Below, one piece after another: positions 47,680 to 58,897 of a stretch of 64,000 nucleotides of DNA. A model generated the notes under the pieces. The model was not told the origin of the DNA. It did no database searches and saw only the letters and a list, made by a program, of their open reading frames with translations. The translations under genes and the position numbers were made by a program. This DNA is from a virus, in IMG/VR virus record IMGVR_UViG_3300036859_000186, positions 12,345 to 76,344 of that record; one strand, 5' to 3'. Within the stretch, counting starts at the first letter, position 1, and each line of letters opens with the position of its first letter.

Positions 47680-48387
47680 ATGGCCACACAAATCTCCGCC
47701 ATTGAAACCCTCGCTCGCCAGCGCCTTGTTGAGGCCACGCCCAATTTCTGGTCCTCCCAGGAAATCGTGGACATCATCGCTGCAGGAATCCGGGACCTGT
47801 GGCGCGACATCGCCGATCTTAAGCAGGAACACTTCCTAACCATCGACGACACGGTTACATTAGCGGCCAACGACGACGAGCTGACCAGCCTTCCCACGGA
47901 TATCCACAAAATCTATCTCATCGAGCCACTTGACATCTCAATAAATGGCTCGAATCGGGGACTGGTCTTCCGGCCCATGGACTACAACCATACTACCTTC
48001 CAGGCGGCTCGCTCCCAGACCGCTGTAGATCCATCCAACACCATCATTTATTACTCGATCATTGGGCAAGGCGCACCGACCAGCAGCGGACCATCGATCA
48101 AAATCGCACCGCAAGTCACTGCAGCAGTCGATATCTCACTGAGCTATGTCCCCACTCTAGGATCGTTTACAGCAGCAGACGAAGTTCCCATCCCAGGTGA
48201 AGCGGATAACGCCCTCGTTGCCTGGACCGTCGCTTTCGCACGGGCGAAGGAACGGGAAGATCGCTCTCCTGACGCCAATTGGCTCGCCATCTATGCGACA
48301 GAGAAGGAGCATCTCCTTCAATCACTAGGACTCCGGCAATATCAGGAGCCCTCTTTCGCAGAGGCCGTCTTCGAGGACCTCTGGTAG
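47680..48387 (+). CDS. Head-tail adaptor (tail tubular A-like)
   Basis: 235 aa; position and the N-terminal AR..L.E....FWS..E pattern. Confidence 0.7.
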   Translation: MATQISAIETLARQRLVEATPNFWSSQEIVDIIAAGIRDLWRDIADLKQEHFLTIDDTVTLAANDDELTSLPTDIHKIYLIEPLDISINGSNRGLVFRPMDYNHTTFQAARSQTAVDPSNTIIYYSIIGQGAPTSSGPSIKIAPQVTAAVDISLSYVPTLGSFTAADEVPIPGEADNALVAWTVAFARAKEREDRSPDANWLAIYATEKEHLLQSLGLRQYQEPSFAEAVFEDLW

Positions 48388-48407
48388 GACCTCCTAAGGA
48401 GGTTACC

Positions 48408-48686
48408 ATGCTAGAGCTAGAATCAGATAAGAGTTCAGAGTTCACGGCTACAGACCCAATCATGGTGGAAACCTTGGTTGTCGCTGCCGCACGAGCCATC
48501 CATGACCACAGCATTCCTGACGTGACTACGCCATCCGAAGTGCTATCGGCTACCTTCACTCTTTTAGATCGAACGCTCCGAGCAATCTCGCGTATGCAGC
48601 TCCCAGAGGAGCGCATGCACAATGCCAAACAAGTTGAACTTGCTCTACAAGCTATGATTATAGAGCACGGAAAAGTTCCAAACTAG
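48408..48686 (+). CDS. Hypothetical protein
   Basis: TAAGGAGG RBS before MLELESDK. Confidence 0.65.
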   Translation: MLELESDKSSEFTATDPIMVETLVVAAARAIHDHSIPDVTTPSEVLSATFTLLDRTLRAISRMQLPEERMHNAKQVELALQAMIIEHGKVPN

Positions 48687-48720
48687 ACCTAAAAATTAGG
48701 TCATCAATACACCATCTTTT

Positions 48721-48951
48721 ATGTCTCAGAGCCTGGCCGTTTACAATCTTGGCCAAAATGGTGTTGATCTAGTGAATAGCCCTATTCAGGTTTCTGATGG
48801 GGCTCTTCTCCAATGCCAGAACGGTCAAATCTTTCCCAACGATGCCGACCTTGCCATCCGCAAGCGCGATGGCATCGTCAAAATCAACCAGTCGCAAGCT
48901 CCTGGCACCATTCTCGCAATCGCTAACATTCCTCTCGCGGACCCTTCCTAA
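48721..48951 (+). CDS. Stand-alone 76-aa module, paralogous to the N-terminus of the next gene
   Basis: VYNLGQNGV...SPIQVSDG.LLQ.QN...KRDG..KIN.SQAPG.IL. Confidence 0.75.
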   Translation: MSQSLAVYNLGQNGVDLVNSPIQVSDGALLQCQNGQIFPNDADLAIRKRDGIVKINQSQAPGTILAIANIPLADPS

Positions 48952-48952
48952 C

Positions 48953-50161
48953 ATGGGCGCCAAGCTCGACGTGTATTCTCTAGGGCAGGTGGGAGTCAAT
49001 CGCACTCGCTCACCTATCCAAGTCAAGGATGGTGAACTCCTCCAGTCCCAGAACGCCACCGTCCGCCCTGTTCGAGCCCAACTCGCCCTCACCAAGCGTG
49101 ACGGCATGGCCAAAATCAACTCCTCACAGGCCCCAGGCTCAATTCTTTCCATCACTAACCTGCCCTTTGTCGACCCGGGCTCTGGGGCAGCTGAATTCGC
49201 CTTCTACATTGCAACAAATACCAACCCACTGTTCGGTTGGATGTATACTGAGGACGGCACAACCTTCCAGGAAATTACGACTGGCGAAGATGTCCAAAAT
49301 GCCAACGCTAATGGCAAAGTCAATCAATCACTTGGCCCCGACGACCTACTTTATTTCATTAGCCTCAATACTGACACAGTCTGGTCATGGGATGGCACAA
49401 CACCAACTGAACTAGCCGGTGCTCCTGCTGAAGTTGTAACCTATATCCATTACGACTCTGTTGATGACCGGCTCTATGCTGGTGCAGAAGCCGGAGCTTC
49501 GGACAAGGTCTTCTACTGGGACGGCGCGTCCTGGACCATCGTTGACGACACGGGGCTGGCTGCTGGTTTCAACGGCAACCTTGCTACAGCGAACGGTGAT
49601 CTCTTTGGCATGAACGCTACTGGAGGAGATGTTTACATCTTCGACGGTGTCTCATCATGGTCCATCGACCTAGATGTGTCAGTCACGGTCACTGCCAACG
49701 CGGTCCGCACCGACTTCTGCCGCGCCCTAAACACTACCGATCTTATGTGGTTTGGTAACGACGACGTTACCAACCAGCTTCTAGTGTGGAAGCGCAACAG
49801 CTCAGGTGTCTGGTCAGACGTGACCCCAGCCGGTTACGGCGACAGTATTGTCAACAATGGCTTTGCAATCGATGGAACCATATATATCTCCATCTTCAAT
49901 CTCGGCACTTCAGACATGTTCGTCCTTTCCTACGACGGCACATCCTGGACTGAACTTGCCGATGTTGTGGCCAATATCGATGCCGGGGCCTTCGACGTAA
50001 ATTATCTTTACGTGTGGGATGACAAACTCTACGTTACCATGGGCTCGAACACTCAAGGTGGCACAAATACTGTTGGGTTCACTGAGCTATCAGCAATCTC
50101 TTGGTCGCTCATTCCCGCTTGTGACGGCTACTTCTTCTCCGAAGGGCCACTGATACCCTAA
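48953..50161 (+). CDS. Tail protein: duplicated N-module plus beta-propeller-like W/YDG..W repeats
   Basis: True start MGAKLDV at 48953; repeats WDGT, WDGASW, FDGVSSW, YDGTSW. Confidence 0.75.
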   Translation: MGAKLDVYSLGQVGVNRTRSPIQVKDGELLQSQNATVRPVRAQLALTKRDGMAKINSSQAPGSILSITNLPFVDPGSGAAEFAFYIATNTNPLFGWMYTEDGTTFQEITTGEDVQNANANGKVNQSLGPDDLLYFISLNTDTVWSWDGTTPTELAGAPAEVVTYIHYDSVDDRLYAGAEAGASDKVFYWDGASWTIVDDTGLAAGFNGNLATANGDLFGMNATGGDVYIFDGVSSWSIDLDVSVTVTANAVRTDFCRALNTTDLMWFGNDDVTNQLLVWKRNSSGVWSDVTPAGYGDSIVNNGFAIDGTIYISIFNLGTSDMFVLSYDGTSWTELADVVANIDAGAFDVNYLYVWDDKLYVTMGSNTQGGTNTVGFTELSAISWSLIPACDGYFFSEGPLIP

Positions 50162-51753
50162 TGGCATTCTATCTAGCACACGCAGGCACCACACTTCAGA
50201 AGGTCTCCGTCGAAGGAGACTTAGTGGCTATCACACTCCCATCTGGAGTTACGATGGTTGATACTCGGCCAGCACGGTTTGCCGTTCTGGCCAATAGTGT
50301 CGTGGTAGTGAATGCCCCTAGCGTCAACATTGTCATCAATCCTGCCGACCTCACCACCCGTCGCCTCTCGATTGCCGGTCCCACAACCGGCCTGACAGCG
50401 GTCTCGGGTGGAGCTGGAACGCTTTCGGGTGATTATCGGTGGGCATATACCTTCGCTATCCTCGATGGTAGTGGGGATATTCTCACTGAATCGCCCATGT
50501 CGGCGACCTTTGGCCCTCTCACACTCAACGACAACGATGCTGACCTGGCCTCCATTGACACCTCAGGAACTGCTGGCGTTAATGCTCGAATCATCTACCG
50601 CACAACTAACGGCGGGACAGCCTTCTTCGAAGTCGATAGAATCGAAGACAACGTCACCACAACCTTCACCGACAACATCTCAGACTACGACCTAGCCCTC
50701 CTAGCCAGTGCTGAACCCAAGGGCAACCCCCCTGGCGTAGACGGCACAAACCGCTTCCGACTCATCACGACCTGGAAGGACCGGCTCTGGGCCGCAGAAG
50801 CTAACGACCCGGACAATGTTTGGATCTCGGGTAACCGGGAAATCTACTCGTGGTCGGAGCAGCGCAAGTTCACGGTCAAATCGGCTGGCGAGGATTCCTA
50901 CGGTGTCACTGCCTTCATGGCACGCCGTGATGAACTCGTCATCGCCAAGCGCCGGAAGCTCTGGAAAGTCATCGGCAACTCTCCCTCGGATTTCGAGCAA
51001 ATCCTGATCGCTGACGGCATTGGAGCGGTCTCACAAGACGCTGCTATTGTCATTCGCGATACCTGCTACTTCCTAGGCGAGGACGGCTTCTACGAATACG
51101 GCAATGAAGGCGTTAAGCGCCTCAGCCGTGAGAAGGTTCAGCCCTGGTTCACCACGGAGGAATTCTTCAATCGCGCCAAGTTCGACATTGCCTTTGCCAA
51201 ATATAACGCACTTTATGACAAAATCGAGATCCACCTTGCCGCTCCAGAATCTGAGGACATTGACCGATGGGTCGAGTTCGACCTCAAACAAAATGAGTGG
51301 TTCGGACCCCATCTCACGAACGCTTTCACGCCTACCTGTGGTGGAGCAATGGACAATGAGGATGGGTTCTCTACTCCAGTCATGGGTGCCTCCAATGGTT
51401 TCATTTATCGACAGAACCAATCCGATTGCACTGACGCCGGGACGCCTATTCCAATGGACATCATTACCAAGTTCCATAACGGAAATGCGCCCGACATCGA
51501 ACATTACTGGGGTGAACTAGCTCTCCTCACCAAACCTGAGGAAGATGGCACCCTCGAAGTCATCCCAACTGTGGGTGACCTCGACGCCATCGCCCAGTCA
51601 TCAATCGATGTGGATCTGACAGAAGACCGGCACCGTCTTCGTCGCCTTGGAGTAGGCCGCTTCGTGCAGCTACGCTTCAAGAACGACGAGAACCATCAAT
51701 CCGTAACCATCTACGGTTACGAAATTCCCTTCCATGAGATGGGCCGCAGGTAG
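50161..51753 (+). CDS. Tail nozzle / stabilisation protein (P22 gp10 / tubular B-like)
   Basis: WKDRLW, GIGAVS, CYFLGEDGFY and GRFVQLRF patterns; position in the tail module. Confidence 0.7.
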   Translation: MAFYLAHAGTTLQKVSVEGDLVAITLPSGVTMVDTRPARFAVLANSVVVVNAPSVNIVINPADLTTRRLSIAGPTTGLTAVSGGAGTLSGDYRWAYTFAILDGSGDILTESPMSATFGPLTLNDNDADLASIDTSGTAGVNARIIYRTTNGGTAFFEVDRIEDNVTTTFTDNISDYDLALLASAEPKGNPPGVDGTNRFRLITTWKDRLWAAEANDPDNVWISGNREIYSWSEQRKFTVKSAGEDSYGVTAFMARRDELVIAKRRKLWKVIGNSPSDFEQILIADGIGAVSQDAAIVIRDTCYFLGEDGFYEYGNEGVKRLSREKVQPWFTTEEFFNRAKFDIAFAKYNALYDKIEIHLAAPESEDIDRWVEFDLKQNEWFGPHLTNAFTPTCGGAMDNEDGFSTPVMGASNGFIYRQNQSDCTDAGTPIPMDIITKFHNGNAPDIEHYWGELALLTKPEEDGTLEVIPTVGDLDAIAQSSIDVDLTEDRHRLRRLGVGRFVQLRFKNDENHQSVTIYGYEIPFHEMGRR

Positions 51754-51788
51754 TCGCATAGTTCGCGACGTAAGAAAGTCAATCGAAC

Positions 51789-52640
51789 ATGCCTCTGAAC
51801 GAAGATATCAAGCCAACAGCGCTTGCCTTCCTGAACAAGCCTCACTCAATTCGTGAGCCCCTACGTGTTCAGGATGTGGATGACAACTTTGACAAGCTCT
51901 TCAAGGGTGTCAATCAGCTTCTCCAAGAACAGACCGTGCTCCCTCCTTTCCGAGGAGGAACCGGTCTGACTTCGTTCCATCGAGGCGATCTGCTTGTTGC
52001 CACGGGTCCAGGGACTATCGCTCGCCTACCAGACGTAGCCACCGGCAACGCTCTCATCAGCGGTGGTATCGACGAACTTCCATCCTACGGAAAAATCAAT
52101 CTCACCGCCGGTTTCCACGTCTCTGGCGACCTTCCCTTCGCCAACATCGTTCAGATCGCCGACCAGCGTATCCTAGGAAACGTCTCTGGCGGCACAGCAG
52201 ATATCGCTGCTCTCACAGCAGCTCAAGTCAAGACCTTCCTAGGCACGTCCGGCTATGCCATCGGCGTGCAGGCTCACGAATTCGACCCAATAGACGCCGA
52301 AGTCCTTTATTTCGGAATGCTCCCTGTTGAGCCATCAACGACAGCAGCAAACAATAAGGTTCATATTCGAACAGCTGGCACCCTCAGAATTGCCAATATC
52401 TATAGCTACTCCCAGGTGGCTGGTTCAAACGAGAGCTGGACAATTGCGGTTCGGCTGAATAACACGACAGACACGACCATTGCTACGGTGGCCGCCGCTA
52501 CGAACGAACGTATCTTTTCGAACACTGGGCTATCCATTGCTGTGGTCGCGGGCGACTACGTCGAAATTAAATCTACCAACCCTACCTGGGCAACGAACCC
52601 AGAAATGACCACATTTGGTGGTTACATCTACATCGAGTAA
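51789..52640 (+). CDS. Tail fibre-like protein
   Basis: RGGTGLTSF..GDLLVA motif typical of phage fibres. Confidence 0.7.
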   Translation: MPLNEDIKPTALAFLNKPHSIREPLRVQDVDDNFDKLFKGVNQLLQEQTVLPPFRGGTGLTSFHRGDLLVATGPGTIARLPDVATGNALISGGIDELPSYGKINLTAGFHVSGDLPFANIVQIADQRILGNVSGGTADIAALTAAQVKTFLGTSGYAIGVQAHEFDPIDAEVLYFGMLPVEPSTTAANNKVHIRTAGTLRIANIYSYSQVAGSNESWTIAVRLNNTTDTTIATVAAATNERIFSNTGLSIAVVAGDYVEIKSTNPTWATNPEMTTFGGYIYIE

Positions 52641-52649
52641 GGACATAAC

Positions 52650-55437
52650 ATGGCAGGAATGGTCTCCTCAAATGCTAACGACTACATGCAGCAGTATTAT
52701 GCTAGTCTGGGTATCAATCCATATCAGCAGCCTACAGCGCAACCACAGCCCATCCAGACGGTTCCTAATGATCCCAATGCGATCTATCAGTCATATAAAT
52801 CTTCGGATATGGCTGGGCCAGTCTTTACTCAAATTGGGGTGAAGCCACAGCAGGCACCTGTGTATCAACAGCAACAACAGGCTGCCCCGAGAACACAGCC
52901 TGATTATTCAGCTCAATTTCAAGCGGCTCTTCAGGCATTACAAACTCCCCCACGCATAGAAGCTCCACCTCCTCCAGCACGGATTTCCAGGCCCACACCT
53001 GTGCTAGAAAAGCCGGGTGCTGCTTTTGCCCGAGCTAAAGATGTTTCTGGGCGAACTGGACAAGCTGCTCTCAAAGCTCTCCATGACATCATGACACGGC
53101 GTGGCTTCTCTGACTCAGGCATTGAATCTGAGGGCGAATCACAAATCCTTTCAGGTGTTCAGCAGCATCAAGCTGGGGCTGAATACGACGCCGCAAACCG
53201 TGACACCGAACGACAAAATCAGTTTGGTCTTGCCGGCTATGAAGGAGATCTAGGTCAACGCTCGGGAGACCTTGGTTACCAATCAAATATCTTTGGTGGA
53301 AATATCTCACAGCGAGGACAAGATATTCAAGCTCTCCTCCAACTACTTAACCTCCAGAAACAATACTAATTAGGATAATCTAAGACGATTATGGCTAAAT
53401 TCATTGATGGAGTGCGTTATGATGAGGACGACTATCCCATTGATCCAATGGGTAATAGAATTGGCCCTCGTCGTGTCTCGAAAGACCCAGTTCCCGTGGC
53501 AGCAGAGCCTACAGCCCCCAGTGGAGGAGGAGGGGGAGGGGGTGGACAAGAATTAAATCTGGCCGGGCTAGGGGGTGCACAAGAGCCTCCCGAAGCCACC
53601 ATCTTCCAAATTGGTCAACCTTCCCAAGCTAATCCCTATCTGGGGCGGCGCTCTCTCCCAATCATGGGCCTAGAAACTGCCATGAAGGGAGCCAAGAACT
53701 ACTAGAGGGCACAAACCGCCCTGTTAAGACAGTAGATTATTCCTATGGCTCAACAAAAGATTGGGGGCTGGCATTCGGTTGCACAGCTCCTAAAAAAGAA
53801 TCCGCTCAAGCCCAAAAAGAACAAGGCGAAGAGCAAGGTGGACGAAATCCTTAAGCTCCTCAAGGACAAGAAATAATGGCTCGCCCATTTGATCCTAACT
53901 CATTCCTCCTCGACAACGGCCAATATCTCTCTGGTCAATCCCAACAGGGGCAGAGTCCTCTTGCCATGAAGGAGCTTGGAGTTCAACAGAACCGCCTTCG
54001 TGGTACACAAGTCGCCAATGAGGATTTCAATCGGGCCTATCAGGGTGGAAACCCAGGATTCGGCCCTCTTCCTCGTGCTGCCGGTCCGCTTCCCGATTCC
54101 AATTGGGATGCCTACTTTGGCCTCCTTCAAGCCCGCGAGAACTCTGCCAATCAGTCTGGTCGCAATTTCAACTTTGACGAACGTTCATGGGGCAACCCCA
54201 AAGCTCTAGATATCCCTACCGGCCGCACCTACGACCAAAGTCCTGTAGGTTACGGTTATGGAGAGGGCGGTAAGATTGGATACAACCCCAATCTTAGGGA
54301 ACTCGCGCCCGGTCAGCGTGGAAGGCCCAACGCATATACAGCTGCTATTCAAGGACTCAATCCTAACCAGGGCGGCTATTATAATGAAGACGAATACAAC
54401 TCGATGAATAGTGGGGGTGTCAATACCCTTCAGCCGTCCATCCAACGAGCCCTCGAAGCTCTTTTTGGTCGCCGATAACCATGCCTACATTTAATCCATT
54501 CGCTTCGGCTCAGGCTCTGCGCGCTCTCCAGCTCCAAAATCAAGCAGTTCCTGGTTCAGCATTCAACTTCGACGAGAATGAAGATCCTGCCGTCCAGCTC
54601 TACGGCCTCCAGAACCAGATGAAGGATGAACTCCTTCGTCGTGGCTCAGCCGCAGCAGGCACCGGAGATCAGGCGGGGCTCGCACGTCTCAAAGCGCTTC
54701 TTGGTGGCGTAGAAAACGACATTGAGGGTGGCACGATTGCTCAGCAAATTCCTCAGGTCGAGGCCAATCGCACTGCTCTCGAAGGCGCTCGTCGTCAGGG
54801 ATTCGTTGGTGACAATGCTCTTGGTCAACAAGGCATCTATCAGCGTAACCTTGCCACAGAGAAGATGCGCCAACCTCAAGCTATCGCTCGTGAGAATATT
54901 CAAGGCGATCTTGAGCGTCAGAAGCTGGCTAACCAGGGTCAAATCGAACTTGCCAACGTTTATGGAGAGAACCAACGACAACTTGCTGCTGAATCTCCCA
55001 ATCAGATTCGCTCTGTTGGTCCTCGCTCAATGAGCTTCGCTGTTCCAAACCAATCTCAGACAGCTGGCAATATCACGCCACTTCTTCAGACAGTCACGAC
55101 TGCTCGAAACAATCTTGCAGCAGCAAAGAACGCCCCTCAAGGTCCAATGGGTGATTTTTGGGGCACACAAGCATCCAAAGTCAAAACAGCTGAAGAAACC
55201 CTTCAACAGGCACTTGGTGCTGTCTTTGGTCGTTTGGGTGGTGACCCCGAACTACAAAACATGGCAACTGAAATTGCCCAAGATCCAGAACTGAACCAGC
55301 TCAATATTGAACAGCTGTGGGCACATCCTAAGGCTCAACAGACATGGGATCTCAATCAGATCACTCCTCAAGAACGAGCCCAACTCAATTCACTCCTCAA
55401 TTACGTTCGCGGCCTCGCAGGTGGCGGAGGTTTCTAA
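52650..55437 (+). other. Cluster of Q/G/P/A-rich probable internal virion (ejection) proteins
   Basis: ORFs 52650..53369, 53391..53705, 53745..53876, 53876..54478 and 54481..55437; composition and position after the tail genes. Confidence 0.6.
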
Positions 55438-58179
55438 ATGCCAGTCATCCGACGAACCCCAGTCACACAACCTACAACTCAAGCTCCTCCACAAGAGCAA
55501 CAGCCCGACAATCAGCCAAGCGGTCTTCGCCGACTTTTGGCTGCCGGTGCCCGAGTTGTGCCCGGACTCGCCTTCCCTGGTGGGTGGCCTGGAGCCATTG
55601 CTTCAGGTGCCGGAGAACTTGGTGCCGAGTTAATTGAAGGAAGCGCACCCGATATTACTCGTATTGGAACTGAAGCCGGAATTGGAGCCATTCCCTTCTC
55701 AAAGTGGACCAAAGTGGCCGGAGAACTTCCAGCACTCCGAGCAGGAATTCGTGGTGCAGGCATTACCGGCTCTTCCGAAGCGCTTCGACAAGCTATTGAT
55801 AACGAGCCTGGATTTGATCCAAAGCGTATTCTTGGAAATACTTTGCTTGGTGGCGGTATTTCAGGCGTTCTTGCAAAGCTATTTGGAGTCCGGGGTGTAG
55901 AGGAAGCTGTCCCGTCTCCGATAACTTCATCTTATACCGGACGTATCAACAAAAAGGATATCCTTCCTATTGGTGTGAACCCTGCTGGTGCTACAGCTGC
56001 TGAAGCAGTTCCTACTATTCTCAATCAGCCTCCATCTCTTCCAAAGCAGGCGCTTCCTACCGAATTCTACCAGTTCTTGAATGAAGCTCAGGGTCAGCGA
56101 GTAGCTCAAGCGACACTGCCATTTGACGTTGCTGAAGAAGCCGCAACGAGTGGTGGTCGGCAGCCCTACACAGGTTACGTGCCAGACGCTTCTACACCAG
56201 CGCGTTTCAAAGCTGATCAGAAGGCTGCAGCTGCTGCCAAAGTAGCTCTAGCTAAACTTGAAGAAGAAGAGGCAGCCGCAACACAAATTGCTAAGGCTCG
56301 CAAGAATTTTGGTGAACCCACCGAAACCGTCTCCGAGTCCTTTTCAGCCCCAATCCCAGGTGGTAAGGAGCGGCTCACTCGCCGATTCGCTCCAGAAGGG
56401 GAGGCAGGTGCAGAGGGCGGCGGTCGTCCAGGCACCTTTAAGGGTGGCCTTCCAACGGAAGGGCCTGCTCGACAGGTCTTTGACCAGCTCCTCGCCTCCG
56501 GCATGGACGAGATTGAAGCTCTCCAACGCACCATCTCAGGAAACCTCCCACGAGGCTTCACTCTCCCTAGCTCTGTTAGTGCAGCTCCAGGTGTTCCAGT
56601 CCGCTCAAAGGTGGCTGAACTTCTAGGCGTCAGTCCTCAGCCCGAACAACAAGCAGTTGAGGCTATCGAGCAAGGTAATCGGGTCCCAAAATTCGGCTCC
56701 GCATTTCCTGAGCAGAAGATTGGAGAGGCTCCAGCCGAATATGATTACGATACCGCCTATAAATACTTCCTTCGGGAGGTTGGCGACCCTGAAGAGGCCC
56801 GTCGGCTAGCCGATGAGAGAGAAATCCCCATTGGCCTCAATCAGGCCGTTCAGGGATGGCGTCGGCCGGTAAACGCCCCCGTAATGCCTCCAGGACGGGG
56901 TGTAGCTCAGGCTGTGTCCCAGAATGCCCCTGAGGGCGCTCAGGTTGCCCCAGGAGCGACGAACGCCCCACCTTGGGTCCAAGAACAGCTCAGCATCGTA
57001 GATAGGCTTAAAAAGCTTGCTACCGAGGAATCTGGGGAGATTAACCCGGAGCTGGCCATGCAGCTAGGAAGTGCCGCTGCAGGAGGCGTTGTTGGGGCCG
57101 CTACAGATCCATTCGACGACCCACTTCTAAGCGGGGTTGCTGGTGCAGGTCTAGGATTAGCGGGACAGCAAGCCGTCCGGAATCCTCAAGATCTCAAAGA
57201 CCTTCTAAAGATGGTTCCTCAGGCATATCGTGCTAACCTACTCACCTCAACCAGTCTACCAGCCAATGCTATCGTGGGTCCCTACGGCTCGGTCTTTTCT
57301 GGAGCCCTAGAATCCATGCTTTCTGGAGATCCTCGTGGTAAGACTCTCATGAAGAGCCTTAATCCAGTAAAGTTCTCTAAAGATTGGTGGGCTGCGCGCG
57401 AGGAGGCTAAGGACCTTATTGCTCATGGTGAACTAGGACGAGCTGAAGAAATCGCTTTTGATCCCTCAAATCCTATCAAAGGAGTGCTAGCAGCTCCTGG
57501 TGTAGCTATGACGGCAGGGGACGTGGCCGCACGAAAACTTGCAGAAGGAGCCAATTACTCCCCTGCTGAATCCAAGATCATGACCATGACCTCGGAGCCA
57601 GAAAGCCCAACACTTCACAGGCTGTCACACGCTGTGGATAGTAGCGACTTATTTGGATGGCTTGGTCAGATGGCGTTCCCGTTCCGTCGAACTCCTATGA
57701 ACGTGGCTGAGCAAGGCATGCGCCGTATTCCAGGTGTAGGTTTTGTGGCTCAAGCCATGAGAGAGAATCCTGATGACCTCAGAACACAACTGGCTCAGCA
57801 GGGACTTGGAGCTGCCTATGGACTAGGAGGAGCCGCGCTCGGCTCTCAGCTTGATCCAGAAACTGCAAAGTATGTGCGTCCGTATGTGACGAACTTTGCG
57901 GGCCGTTACTCACTCCCAGCTGGACTTGGCTTTGCCGCCGGTCAAGCTATTGAACGTGGAGGGTCACCAACAGACATTTTAGGACAAACTCGAACTATTG
58001 AGGATATATTCCCCCTGCCTACCACAGATCCATTGGTGGAGGCAGGAAAGCTTATCTCTGGTCAGGGAGGTGCTCCTCGTGGTTCCTATCCTATACTCCT
58101 TCGACAATTGTTTGGGGAGCCTACAACACAAACTACGTCACCTACCAGACCACTCGGTAGCCTTCGACGCACTCCGTAA
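55438..58179 (+). CDS. Large internal virion / DNA ejection protein
   Basis: 913 aa, Ala/Gly-rich; FPFRRTPMN motif typical of podovirus ejection proteins. Confidence 0.7.
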   Translation: MPVIRRTPVTQPTTQAPPQEQQPDNQPSGLRRLLAAGARVVPGLAFPGGWPGAIASGAGELGAELIEGSAPDITRIGTEAGIGAIPFSKWTKVAGELPALRAGIRGAGITGSSEALRQAIDNEPGFDPKRILGNTLLGGGISGVLAKLFGVRGVEEAVPSPITSSYTGRINKKDILPIGVNPAGATAAEAVPTILNQPPSLPKQALPTEFYQFLNEAQGQRVAQATLPFDVAEEAATSGGRQPYTGYVPDASTPARFKADQKAAAAAKVALAKLEEEEAAATQIAKARKNFGEPTETVSESFSAPIPGGKERLTRRFAPEGEAGAEGGGRPGTFKGGLPTEGPARQVFDQLLASGMDEIEALQRTISGNLPRGFTLPSSVSAAPGVPVRSKVAELLGVSPQPEQQAVEAIEQGNRVPKFGSAFPEQKIGEAPAEYDYDTAYKYFLREVGDPEEARRLADEREIPIGLNQAVQGWRRPVNAPVMPPGRGVAQAVSQNAPEGAQVAPGATNAPPWVQEQLSIVDRLKKLATEESGEINPELAMQLGSAAAGGVVGAATDPFDDPLLSGVAGAGLGLAGQQAVRNPQDLKDLLKMVPQAYRANLLTSTSLPANAIVGPYGSVFSGALESMLSGDPRGKTLMKSLNPVKFSKDWWAAREEAKDLIAHGELGRAEEIAFDPSNPIKGVLAAPGVAMTAGDVAARKLAEGANYSPAESKIMTMTSEPESPTLHRLSHAVDSSDLFGWLGQMAFPFRRTPMNVAEQGMRRIPGVGFVAQAMRENPDDLRTQLAQQGLGAAYGLGGAALGSQLDPETAKYVRPYVTNFAGRYSLPAGLGFAAGQAIERGGSPTDILGQTRTIEDIFPLPTTDPLVEAGKLISGQGGAPRGSYPILLRQLFGEPTTQTTSPTRPLGSLRRTP

Positions 58180-58190
58180 GGAGACTGCTC

Positions 58191-58424
58191 GTGCTAATGG
58201 AAGTTGTTTCTGGCGTCGGCACTCTTCTCGCCGCTCTCGCTGGATGGGGGGTCCGACTGGAAAGCCGGATCTCTGTCCAGAAAGCTCTACACGAAAGCTA
58301 TGTTGAATCTCAGGAAGACGAAAAGGAAAGCATCAAGGAACTCATCAATGTGCAGTTCATCGCTGTTCATCAGCGACTAGACCGTATCGAACGCTCAATG
58401 AACGGACACTACGCGAGGGAATAA
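58191..58424 (+). CDS. Putative holin-like membrane protein
   Basis: N-terminal hydrophobic helix, coiled coil ending RLDRIE; coupled to the endolysin. Confidence 0.55.
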   Translation: MLMEVVSGVGTLLAALAGWGVRLESRISVQKALHESYVESQEDEKESIKELINVQFIAVHQRLDRIERSMNGHYARE

Positions 58425-58897
58425 TGGATGTTATCGACGAAATCATCGAAAGAGAGGGTCCTGAAACAAACGACCCCGTCGATAAGGGAGGCCGCACTGC
58501 CTTTGGCATCTCCGAAGCCACCAACCCTGAAGCGTGGGCCGACGACACCGTCTCGCGGGAGGAAGCCCGGGCCATCTACGAAGAGAAATACATTCGGAAG
58601 CCCGGCTTCCACCACATCCATGACCTCAAACTGCGTGCCCAGCTCATCGACTTTGGAGTCAACTCTGGTCCCAAGCTTGCCATCATCAAGCTCCAAGAAA
58701 TCCTCAAGGGAGACCCTGATGGCATTATTGGTCCAGATACTCTCACGCGACTTAGTGTCGCCGAAACCGTCGTTGACATTAACGTGCTGCTGGTAATCAG
58801 TAGGGTCAAGATGATTGGCCGTATCGTCACGAAGGACCCTACTCAACTCAAGTTTCTCAATGGATGGCTCAATAGAGCCCTCTCGTTCCTCGCATGA
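58424..58897 (+). CDS. Endolysin, glycoside hydrolase family 108 with peptidoglycan-binding domain
   Basis: IIEREG...NDPVDKGGRTAFGIS, DFGVNSG, DGIIGPDT, KFLNGWLNR. Confidence 0.92.
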   Translation: MDVIDEIIEREGPETNDPVDKGGRTAFGISEATNPEAWADDTVSREEARAIYEEKYIRKPGFHHIHDLKLRAQLIDFGVNSGPKLAIIKLQEILKGDPDGIIGPDTLTRLSVAETVVDINVLLVISRVKMIGRIVTKDPTQLKFLNGWLNRALSFLA

